Assembly: GCA_964518665.1 (NCBI GenBank)
Contig: CAZFHG010000002.1
Location: 1-41,214 of the forward strand
DNA: 41,214 bases
Reading direction: 5' to 3'
Origin: an uncultured Opitutaceae bacterium
GTDB lineage: Bacteria > Verrucomicrobiota > Verrucomicrobiia > Opitutales > Opitutaceae
Of this stretch, positions 33,838 through 41,214 are shown in pieces. Under the pieces are notes generated by a model, which worked only from the letters and a program-made list of their open reading frames with translations, was not told the origin of the DNA and ran no database searches. The translations under genes were made by a program, and so were the position numbers. Numbering within the stretch: the first letter of the stretch is position 1; each line of letters starts with the position of its first letter.

Positions 33838-36153
33838 TCACAGCACGTCCTCCCATTTTTCCCCGTACAACAGCACCTCGGGTTCGAGCGTGACGCCCGC
33901 CGAAGCCTGCACGCGGGCGCGGACGCGGCGGATCAGTTCCAACACGTCGGCCGTCGTGGCCTGGCCGCGGTTGACGATGAAATTGGCATGCACCGGCGAA
34001 ACCTCGGCATCCCCTACCCGCTCGCCCTTGAGTCCGGCGCGGTCGATGAGCCGGCCGGCGGAGTCGCCCGGCGGGTTCTTGAAAATGCAACCCGCGCTTG
34101 GTTCGCGCGGCTGGCTTTCCTGCCGCTTGCGCCGGTAAACATCAATCTGGCGCGCCACGTCGGCCGAAGCCTTTTCCGCCGCAGGGCGCAGCAGGGCGCC
34201 CAATGCCACGGCCTGATGCAGCTCGGCGCAGTGCCGGTAATCCACGTGCATCGCCGACCGCGCGAGCGTCTGCATTTCGCCGGCCAGGGTCATCAACTGC
34301 ACCTCCTCGACCACATCGAACATCCAACCGCCCATCGCGCCGGCATTCATGCGCAGGGCGCCGCCGACATTGCCGGGGATGCCCTCGAGAAATTCAAAGC
34401 CTGACAATCCGGCCTTGGCCGCGAGTCCGCAGAGATTCTTGAGGCGCAGGCCGGCGCCGACCCACACGCGGCCACCCTCGCGCAGCTCGAACTTTGCCCA
34501 GTTCTCATGGCCGAGGTTGATGACGAGTCCGTCCACCCCCTCGTCGGGCACCAGCAGGTTGGAGCCGCGGCCGAGCATGAAGACTGGCACGCCCCTGGCT
34601 GCGGCTCCGCGCAGCAGACTCTGCAAATCCGCAATGCTGGCCGGCTCCGCGTAGAGCCGCGCCGCCCCGCCGACGCGCATCGTTGTGCGCGGACCAAGCA
34701 TTTCCTCGCGGCGAAACTTGGTCTCCGGGCTCAGGCCTTGCGCAAGGACTTTGCCTATCTCATCCCAAGCGCCAACCGTTGTCACGGTCTTCGCCAGCGT
34801 CGCGATCCACGCCCGGGCCTTGCGATCAATATCTCCGGCACCGACAAACGCCACGAGGTCACCGGCGCGCGTATCTGTGGAAATGGCGCGGAAGAGCTCG
34901 GCATCGCTGCCGGCATGGGTGTCCACCTTCCCGGTCGCCGCAATCTTCCCCAATTCCGCGCCGAGTTCGGCCGAGGTCCCGCCCGGCACCGGGGCCTCGC
35001 CTGCGCCGTAGACCTCGAGCAAATGAACGCGGTCGGCCAGCGCGAGCGCATCGGCAAACGCGACCTTGAACTGGGCGGTGCGGCTGTAGCGATGCGGTTG
35101 AAAAACCGCCACGAGCCTGCCACCCTGGGCCACTCGCGCCCGGAGGCCGGTGAGCAGGGCGTGGATTTCCGAGGGATGATGCGCGTAGTCCTCGATCACA
35201 GTCAGCCCGTCTGCCTCGTGCAGGACGGTCTGGCGGCGACGCACGCCGGGATAATTGGCCAGGAGCTCCGGCGCCAGCTTCGCTCCCATGAGCTGCGCGG
35301 CGGCCAGGGCCGCGGTGGCGTTGGCGGCATTGAACCTGGAGCGGGCCCGCACCGTAGCCGCGTTGATCGCAAAACTGCCGCCGAGTTTCAGGCGCATGAG
35401 GCCGTCGGTCTCGTTCGCCAGCGTCGCCGCAAAGTCGCCCTCGGGTCCGAATTTCAGCGCCGCCGGCACGAGCCGGCGCGAGCGCGCGCACTCGGCATTC
35501 ACCAGCACGGGACCATTGGTACGGCCGGCCAGCGCCACGAAGGCCTGTTCGAGTTCCGCGGGATCGCGGTAATGGTCCGGATGGTCCCAATCGAGATTCA
35601 CGATGACGGTCAGCGCAGGTGCGAAACGGCCGATGGTGCCGTCGCTTTCGTCCACCTCGGCTACGACCCAGTCGTTGGTCCCCACCGCCGCCGGGGGCAA
35701 GGCATCGCCGGCGAAGAAACCGCCGAGCACATGACCCGCGGGAAAACCGGCCGCGCGCAAGGCGGTGACAAGCATGGCCGTCGTGGTCGTCTTTCCGTGC
35801 GAGCCGCAGATGGCCACAAGCTTTTTGTCGCGCAGCACCTCGGCCAGCAATTCACCACGACGCACCATTGGCACCTGGCGGGAGCGGGCGGCGACGCGGG
35901 CCGGATGTTCCGCCGGAATGGCGGAGGAATGCACCAGCAATTCACAGGCGTCGGACATCGGGCCAATGGACACCCCGGCGCGTTCGAGCTGCCGGCGCAC
36001 GTCAGGTGCGAGGTCCCGGTCCTCGCCGGTCACGGTGAAGCCAGACTCCGCGAGGTAGATCGCGAGCGGACCGAGGCCGGTGCCGCCGACCCCCGCGCAG
36101 TGGAGCTGCCGCACTGCACGCCCGAACAGAGGCGGAAGTGAAACGACACTCAT
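33838..36153 (-). CDS. murC: fused UDP-N-acetylmuramate--L-alanine ligase (MurC, N-terminal) / UDP-N-acetylenolpyruvoylglucosamine reductase (MurB, C-terminal)
   Basis: A single 771-aa frame runs from the ATG at 36153 (ATGA overlap with the murG stop). The MurC part (about 36153-34800) shows HCAGVGGTGLGPLA and ICGSHGKTTTTAML. The MurB part (about 34719-33841) shows TTMRVGGAARLYAEP, LGRGSNLLV, GIPGNVGGALRMNAGA and SAGCIFKNP. There is no stop or frameshift at the junction. Confidence 0.9.
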   Translation of the reverse strand: MSVVSLPPLFGRAVRQLHCAGVGGTGLGPLAIYLAESGFTVTGEDRDLAPDVRRQLERAGVSIGPMSDACELLVHSSAIPAEHPARVAARSRQVPMVRRGELLAEVLRDKKLVAICGSHGKTTTTAMLVTALRAAGFPAGHVLGGFFAGDALPPAAVGTNDWVVAEVDESDGTIGRFAPALTVIVNLDWDHPDHYRDPAELEQAFVALAGRTNGPVLVNAECARSRRLVPAALKFGPEGDFAATLANETDGLMRLKLGGSFAINAATVRARSRFNAANATAALAAAQLMGAKLAPELLANYPGVRRRQTVLHEADGLTVIEDYAHHPSEIHALLTGLRARVAQGGRLVAVFQPHRYSRTAQFKVAFADALALADRVHLLEVYGAGEAPVPGGTSAELGAELGKIAATGKVDTHAGSDAELFRAISTDTRAGDLVAFVGAGDIDRKARAWIATLAKTVTTVGAWDEIGKVLAQGLSPETKFRREEMLGPRTTMRVGGAARLYAEPASIADLQSLLRGAAARGVPVFMLGRGSNLLVPDEGVDGLVINLGHENWAKFELREGGRVWVGAGLRLKNLCGLAAKAGLSGFEFLEGIPGNVGGALRMNAGAMGGWMFDVVEEVQLMTLAGEMQTLARSAMHVDYRHCAELHQAVALGALLRPAAEKASADVARQIDVYRRKRQESQPREPSAGCIFKNPPGDSAGRLIDRAGLKGERVGDAEVSPVHANFIVNRGQATTADVLELIRRVRARVQASAGVTLEPEVLLYGEKWEDVL

Positions 36154-37274
36154 GCCGGTTGGGGCTGGGTCGCGGCAGGAGGCGGCGGCGAAGCGCACAG
36201 CTCCTCGAGATCCGCGAGCATGAGGTCGAGGGAATTGGCGCGGTCCATGCGCTGCAGGTTGCCGCGAAAAATACGCAGCAGCCAGTCGTTGAAAATCAGG
36301 TCGAGCACCTCGGTCTGCAGGGTGTCCATCTTCGTCTGCTCGACGACGATGCCCCCGCCCTGGCGCTCGAAGAACGAGGCGTTGGCGCGCTGATGGTCGT
36401 CGGCCGCCTGGGGATACGGCACGAGGATGGCGGGCGTCTCGCACCGGATGAGTTCGGCAATCGTTCCGGCGCCCGCCCGGGCGAGGACGAGGTCGGCGGC
36501 CGAGAGCAATTCGGCCACGCGGTCGCAGAACGGTACGAACACGGCGCGCACCGGCACGCCGCTTTTTCCTGGAAATTCGCGGGTCTCTTCCGTGCCCTTG
36601 CCCAGCCCGGTGACGCAGTAAACCTGGATGCCCTCGGCGGCCAGCGCCGGCAGCCGGGCGTTCACGAAATCATTGAGCGGCCCCGACCCCTGGCTCCCGC
36701 CAAAGACCACCAGCACCTTTTGCAAGGGATCAAGCCCGAGCGCCGCACGGGCTTCGCCGGCGGGCAACCGATGGATCTCGCTGCGAACCGGCATGCCCAT
36801 GTGGCGGACCCGCCGAGCGCGCACTCCCGGCAGACGCACGCCGGCCGGCAGGTACACCCGCTGCGCCAGCCGGCCGAGCACGCGGATGGCGAGGCCGGGG
36901 ATGCGATTGGATTCGTGTAGCACCACCGGTATGCCGAGCAGCCAGCCGGTCAACGCCACGCCCGCCGAAGTGAAGCCACCAAAGCCGACGATGCCATCCG
37001 GCCGGCGAAAACGCGCGAGGCGCAGGCAGAAGAAAAATCCCTGCGTCTGCGTCCAGATGCAGCGCAGCAGCAGCACGGGGTTCAGCGAGAAGCCGGTGCC
37101 GGCCACGGGGATGAATTCGAATTGTGGGTATTTCTCGATGAGCCGGGCGTCCACACGCTTGCGGCTGATGAGCAAAGTTACCTTGTGGCCGCGCGCCGTG
37201 AGCCCCTCAGCCAGCGAGATGCCGGGCGAGAGATGGCCGCCGGTGCCGCCGCAGGAAATAAGGAAGGTGCTCAT
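36150..37274 (-). CDS. murG: undecaprenyldiphospho-muramoylpentapeptide beta-N-acetylglucosaminyltransferase
   Basis: ISCGGTGGHLSPGISLAEGL and VFGGSQGS...ARAGAGTIAEL are MurG motifs, and the gene sits in the expected dcw position. Confidence 0.93.
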   Translation of the reverse strand: MSTFLISCGGTGGHLSPGISLAEGLTARGHKVTLLISRKRVDARLIEKYPQFEFIPVAGTGFSLNPVLLLRCIWTQTQGFFFCLRLARFRRPDGIVGFGGFTSAGVALTGWLLGIPVVLHESNRIPGLAIRVLGRLAQRVYLPAGVRLPGVRARRVRHMGMPVRSEIHRLPAGEARAALGLDPLQKVLVVFGGSQGSGPLNDFVNARLPALAAEGIQVYCVTGLGKGTEETREFPGKSGVPVRAVFVPFCDRVAELLSAADLVLARAGAGTIAELIRCETPAILVPYPQAADDHQRANASFFERQGGGIVVEQTKMDTLQTEVLDLIFNDWLLRIFRGNLQRMDRANSLDLMLADLEELCASPPPPAATQPQPA

Positions 37275-37304
37275 CTGGTATCTGGAACTCTGGGACTCTG
37301 GAAT

Positions 37305-37474
37305 GGAGTGAATGTGGAAATCAGGAATTTAGGTAGGGCCCGGCCTCCGGACGGGCCGGAATGAGTAGCGCACGCCGAACCGCCCGTCCGGAGGCCGGGC
37401 CCTACCCAAGGAAAGCAATCGGTGATCGGTCGCATGATTTCGTTTCCAGCGTTCATGAGTTCCACATTCACACC
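37305..37474. repeat. nested palindromic MITE-like element between murG and ftsW
   Basis: The outer arms are GGAGTGAATGTGGAA (37305-37319) and TTCCACATTCACACC (37460-37474). The inner arms are a perfect 25-bp pair, GGTAGGGCCCGGCCTCCGGACGGGC (37332-37356) and GCCCGTCCGGAGGCCGGGCCCTACC (37382-37406), carrying A-family GTAGGGC termini. Confidence 0.85.
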
Positions 37475-38638
37475 TCACGCCAAAACCTCCTGCATCGAAC
37501 GGGCGCGGTTGGGCAGCGTCACGCGGCCCCACGTTCGCTGCGTGTTGATGAAGATGCCGACCAGCATGCCCATGAGCAGCAGGTTCGACAGGCCCGCGCT
37601 GATGAACGGGAGCGACATGCCCTTGGTTGGAAAGATGCCCGTGACGACACCAAGGTTGATGATCGCCTGCAGTGAAATCAGCAGCAGGCAGCCGGTCGCG
37701 AGGAGAAATTGGAACAGGTTGGGCGCGCGGCGGAGGTGGATGAGCCCGGCGATGAAGATGATCGTGAACATGACCACGACGCCCATCGTGAACCACAGGC
37801 CGAGTTCCTCGGCGATGACGGCGAGAATGAAGTCCGTGTGGGCCTCAGGGAGATAGCTGAGCTGCTGGCGGCCCTGCCCCAGCCCGACGCCATCCGTGCC
37901 GCCGGCGGCGAACGCGGCGAGCGCCTGGTAAAGCTGGTAGGTGCCGCCCTGGCGGTTGCCCTCGACGTCGAGGAAGGCGGTGAGCCGGCGCAGCCGGTTC
38001 GGGTTGTGGATCACCATGACCGCAAAGAGCATGATAACCCCGCCGATGCAGGGCAGGATGTAGCGCCACTTGGCCCCGGCCAGGAAGAGGAGCGTCAGAC
38101 CGACGGCAACGACGAGGGCGGCTGTGCCGAAGTCGGGTTCGAGCATGATCAGGCCGGCATACGCGAACACGATGGCGACGGGAAAAATGAATCCGCGGCG
38201 CAGCTCGCCGATGCGCGTCTGGTTGATCGCGAGGTAGTGCGCGAGGCAGAAGACCACGGCGAGCTTGGCGAATTCCGAGACCTGCAGGCGGATGGGGCCG
38301 AAGCCGAGCCAGCGGCGGCTGCCCTTCACCTCGATGCCGATGTGCGGGATCGCCACCAGCAGGAGCATCAGCGCGGCGAAGCCGGCCAGCCAGGGCACGT
38401 AGCGGCGGATGTAGTCGAGATTGAGCCGGCTGGTGACATAGCAGAGCACGGCGGCCAGGAGGACGCCGAGGATCTGCTTGTTCAGGTAGTAATACGGTCC
38501 CTGTTTGTACGACGCACTCGCGCTGAAGAGGATGGTGAGCCCGAGGATGGCGAGGCCGACAGCGCAGACGGTGATGATCGCCGCCGGGTTGAGCACGAAC
38601 CGCGCTGGACTGTGATCGGCGGACGGAGCGTTGGCCAT
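37475..38638 (-). CDS. ftsW: SEDS-family peptidoglycan glycosyltransferase / lipid II flippase FtsW
   Basis: The product is a 10-TM SEDS protein (GIEVKGSRRWLGFGPIRLQVSEFAKL, LEPDFGTA, YLPEAHTDFILAVIAEELG, GIFPTKGMSLPFISAGLSN). Its dcw context argues for FtsW rather than RodA. Confidence 0.9.
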   Translation of the reverse strand: MANAPSADHSPARFVLNPAAIITVCAVGLAILGLTILFSASASYKQGPYYYLNKQILGVLLAAVLCYVTSRLNLDYIRRYVPWLAGFAALMLLLVAIPHIGIEVKGSRRWLGFGPIRLQVSEFAKLAVVFCLAHYLAINQTRIGELRRGFIFPVAIVFAYAGLIMLEPDFGTAALVVAVGLTLLFLAGAKWRYILPCIGGVIMLFAVMVIHNPNRLRRLTAFLDVEGNRQGGTYQLYQALAAFAAGGTDGVGLGQGRQQLSYLPEAHTDFILAVIAEELGLWFTMGVVVMFTIIFIAGLIHLRRAPNLFQFLLATGCLLLISLQAIINLGVVTGIFPTKGMSLPFISAGLSNLLLMGMLVGIFINTQRTWGRVTLPNRARSMQEVLA

Positions 38639-38642
38639 CGCA

Positions 38643-39584
38643 TCAAAGCGGCTTGTTCGGGTCGACTTCCTCCACCTTGATCACCGGCGCGTCACCGGCT
38701 TTCTTCAAACCTGCATCCAGATCCTGGTCAGGCGACGGCAGATTGAAGAGGGGCGTGACGGGGGCGGCAGGTTTCGGTGCGGCGGCCGTGGCGGTGCTGC
38801 CGCCATTGGCGGGTTGGCTGGCGGGACGCGCATTGGGCGACCTCCAACCGGGGATGATCAATTCGCGGCCGGGGCGGATCTTCGCGGGGTCTGTAATGTT
38901 GTTGGCGGTCGCGATTTCGCCGACGGTGATCTGGTACTTGCGGGCGATGGCGCCGAGCGTCTCACCGGCCTTGACCACATGGGTGACGGCTTCGGCGGAG
39001 GGCTTGGGCGCCGGCGGCTCAACCTGGGCCGGGGCGGTGGGCGTGGCGGCGGCGGCAGTCGCGGCGCCGGCCTTGACCGGAATGAGCAGCTTCTGCCCGA
39101 GGCGCAGCGTCGTGCCGGCGGTGAGGTTGTTGGCCGCGGCGAGTTCGCCGACGGTGAGGCGGTGAGACTTCGCGACCGACCAGAGGCTGTCGCCCTTGAC
39201 CACGGTGTAGGTCGAAGCGGGGATCACGTCGGCCACGGGCTGGGCCTGGAGGGTGGAGGCGGCCGGGGTGTTGGGCCGCGTCGGGCTGAAGCGCACGCCG
39301 GCGGACGTGGCGGGGGCATCGGGGTTGAAGGAGATCGGCGACGCCATGACCGGCGATTCCCCGTTCTCGTTCAGCGGGGCCGCGCTGAAGGGCGAATCGG
39401 CCGCATACCGGACCGTGCTCTGGCTCGGGACGGTGACCACCGGGCTCGGTTCGGATTGAACCGCGGTGTCGGCGGGCGTCGGCTTGGGTTTGGTCGAGGA
39501 GCTGCAGCCGGGGTTGGCAAAAATCAGGATCAGGGCAAAGACGTGGACACCGACCACGATGCCGAAGATTTTCAGGATTTTCAT
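38643..39584 (-). CDS. membrane-anchored protein with two LysM peptidoglycan-binding domains
   Basis: The N-terminal hydrophobic segment is MKILKIFGIVVGVHVFALILIFANPGCSSS. The two LysM repeats are YTVVKGDSLWSVAKSHRLTVGELAAANNL...LRLGQKLLIP and HVVKAGETLGAIARKYQITVGEIATANNI...IRPGRELIIP, joined by Pro/Ala/Thr-rich linkers. The stop lies 4 nt before the ftsW start. Confidence 0.85.
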   Translation of the reverse strand: MKILKIFGIVVGVHVFALILIFANPGCSSSTKPKPTPADTAVQSEPSPVVTVPSQSTVRYAADSPFSAAPLNENGESPVMASPISFNPDAPATSAGVRFSPTRPNTPAASTLQAQPVADVIPASTYTVVKGDSLWSVAKSHRLTVGELAAANNLTAGTTLRLGQKLLIPVKAGAATAAAATPTAPAQVEPPAPKPSAEAVTHVVKAGETLGAIARKYQITVGEIATANNITDPAKIRPGRELIIPGWRSPNARPASQPANGGSTATAAAPKPAAPVTPLFNLPSPDQDLDAGLKKAGDAPVIKVEEVDPNKPL

Positions 39585-39617
39585 AGGAGAAATGATGCTG
39601 GGTTGACGGAGTGAATG

Positions 39618-40898
39618 CTATCTCAAACTGGCGGCGGAAGCGAGTTCGCGCACGAGTTGCTCAAACTGATCGCCGCGATCCTCGTAATTGCGAAACTGGT
39701 CGAAGCTCGCAAAGCCCGGGCTGAGCACCACGGCCTCGCCACGCTCCGCCTGGTTCGCCGCGCATTTCACGGCGTCGGCCAGCGACGCACAGGCTGTATG
39801 GGCCACCTGGTAGGCGCGGCAATAGGTCGCGAGTTCGGCCGCGGTCTCGCCGATGAGGCAGGCGTACTTCACCCGCGGCGCGATGCGTTTCACAAAGCCG
39901 GCGAGGTCGCCACCCTTGGACTTGCCCCCGAGGATGACCACCACGGGTTGGGCAAAGCCCGCCAGCGCGGCCTCGACCGCGTGGAAATTGGTCGCCTTCG
40001 AATCGTTCCAGTAAGCCACGCCGTCGTGCTCGCCCACGGGCGCCAGCCGGTGCCGGCCAAGGCGGAAGGTGCGGGCGGCGGCGAACAGCAGCTTCTCATC
40101 CCGCCCGGACGCGCGCCACCAGGCGGCGGCCAGCTCGAGATTTTCCCGCTGGGGATAGTGCGCGAACACCGTGCCGGCGAGCCGGGGGTCGGCCGGAGCA
40201 TTTTCCGTGGACACGGCGGACCCGTCCTCGATCTTGCGGCCGAACTTTGCGGCATACCGCTGCACCGACGACCCGGCGAAAAATCCCTGTGCCGGCGTGA
40301 AGTTCACCAGATTCCACTTGGCATTGAAATACGCCTCCAGGCCCTCGTGCCGCTCGAGGTGATCCTCGGCGAAATTGGTCCACAGCGTGGCGTCGGCCCG
40401 GAAGTGCCGGAGCGTCTCGGCCTGGAAGGAGCTCACCTCGCACACGGCGATCCGGCCGTCACCGCCCTCGGAGTCGGCAACGAGTTGCGAAAACGGCCGG
40501 CCGATGTTGCCGGTGACACGCGCGTCCTCGCCGGCCGCAGTCAGGGCGTGGGTGAGGAACTCGGTGAGGGTCGTCTTGCCGTTGGTCCCCGTGATGGCCA
40601 CGACCCGGCCGCGCCAGAAGATCGAGGCGAAATCCAACTCGCCGACCCAGGTCACGCCGGCCTCCTCCGCAAGGCGCACCCAGGGATGGGTCGGCGCGAA
40701 GCCCGGCGACACGATCACGAGGTGGTGGCCCGCGGCATCGGCCGCGGTAAAGTGCCGCGCCTTCGCATCATAGACAATGCCCGGCACCCCGAGCCGCCGC
40801 AGCAGCAGGGCCGTCCCCTCCCCGCTGACGCCGGCGCCAAAGATGGCGACGGGCCGGCGGAGACGCGGCTGGAGGAATTCGGGGATGACGAGCGGCAT
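39618..40898 (-). CDS. murD: UDP-N-acetylmuramoylalanine--D-glutamate ligase
   Basis: Present are VAIFGAGVSGEGTALLL, the Mur ligase P-loop ITGTNGKTTLTEF, and NDSKATN. The start lies 2 nt after the mraY stop. Confidence 0.93.
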   Translation of the reverse strand: MPLVIPEFLQPRLRRPVAIFGAGVSGEGTALLLRRLGVPGIVYDAKARHFTAADAAGHHLVIVSPGFAPTHPWVRLAEEAGVTWVGELDFASIFWRGRVVAITGTNGKTTLTEFLTHALTAAGEDARVTGNIGRPFSQLVADSEGGDGRIAVCEVSSFQAETLRHFRADATLWTNFAEDHLERHEGLEAYFNAKWNLVNFTPAQGFFAGSSVQRYAAKFGRKIEDGSAVSTENAPADPRLAGTVFAHYPQRENLELAAAWWRASGRDEKLLFAAARTFRLGRHRLAPVGEHDGVAYWNDSKATNFHAVEAALAGFAQPVVVILGGKSKGGDLAGFVKRIAPRVKYACLIGETAAELATYCRAYQVAHTACASLADAVKCAANQAERGEAVVLSPGFASFDQFRNYEDRGDQFEQLVRELASAASLR

Positions 40899-40900
40899 GG

Positions 40901-41214
40901 TCAGCGGATCTTGAGGGTCGCGAGCCCCGCGAGCGCAAAGCCGAGCGAAAGCACCCAGAAGCGGAGGACGACCTTGGTCTCGGGCCAGCCGAGCTTCTGG
41001 AAATGGTGATGAATCGGCGCCATGAGAAAGAAGCGCCGGCCGACCCCGAAGCGGAGCCGCGTGTACTTGAAGTTGCCGACCTGGATGATCACGGAAAGCG
41101 CCTCCATGACGAACACGCCACCCACGATGATGAGCGTCACGGGCTGGTGGATCATGAACGCCATGACGCCGATGAGCCCGCCGAGGGCGAGCGAGCCGGT
41201 GTCGCCCATGAACA
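40901..41214 (-). CDS. mraY: phospho-N-acetylmuramoyl-pentapeptide transferase, C-terminal part (5' end beyond window)
   Basis: [15 protein letters not shown]...[22 protein letters not shown] is the conserved MraY C-terminus. The frame stays open to the window edge. Confidence 0.92.
   Translation of the reverse strand, partial: FMGDTGSLALGGLIGVMAFMIHQPVTLIIVGGVFVMEALSVIIQVGNFKYTRLRFGVGRRFFLMAPIHHHFQKLGWPETKVVLRFWVLSLGFALAGLATLKIR

Overview
This is a 41.2-kb high-GC bacterial chromosomal segment (about 65% GC by eye, with lower-GC intergenic islands). Gene content and repeat vocabulary fit a Verrucomicrobiota (Opitutales-like) genome best, but that assignment is inference only. I call 38 CDS, and 33 of them are on the minus strand.

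Left to right, the window contains:
- an ambiguous low-GC segment (1-932);
- a four-gene translationally coupled module (LuxR-type regulator, unknown, pterin-4a-carbinolamine dehydratase, unknown);
- a TonB-dependent receptor;
- a compact panB-panC-coaBC-coaX-panD operon;
- a second TonB-dependent receptor;
- an acyclic-terpene/leucine-type (Atu/Liu-like) acyl-CoA cluster: acyl-CoA dehydrogenase, then divergently carboxyltransferase, AtuA, AtuA C-domain-like small ORF and enoyl-CoA hydratase;
- a Cys/Met-family PLP enzyme;
- small membrane/metal proteins (DUF2238-like, YecH-like);
- a probably truncated ORF embedded in repeats;
- LysE exporter, TPR lipoprotein and GNAT;
- a PilB/GspE ATPase preceded by a standalone T2SSE_N-like protein and Obg;
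- a GH15-like glycosidase;
- the distal dcw cluster, mraY(partial)-murD-LysM protein-ftsW-murG-murC::murB fusion-ddl-ftsQ-ftsA-ftsZ.

I found no rRNA, tRNA, CRISPR array or intact mobile-element gene.

The most unusual sequence-level signal is the density of short palindromic interspersed repeats. At least three families occupy 11 of the 15 intergenic gaps longer than about 60 bp, and two copies sit inside the dcw cluster. I see no obvious defence or otherwise novel multi-gene system.

The best candidates for a second look are:
- the Atu-like cluster, which lacks a biotin-carboxylase subunit;
- the LysM gene embedded between murD and ftsW;
- the MurC-MurB fusion;
- the obg / T2SSE_N / pilB / GNAT string;
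- the coupled LuxR / pterin-dehydratase module;
- the repeat superfamily itself.

All functional calls come from motif recognition by eye. No database search was run.
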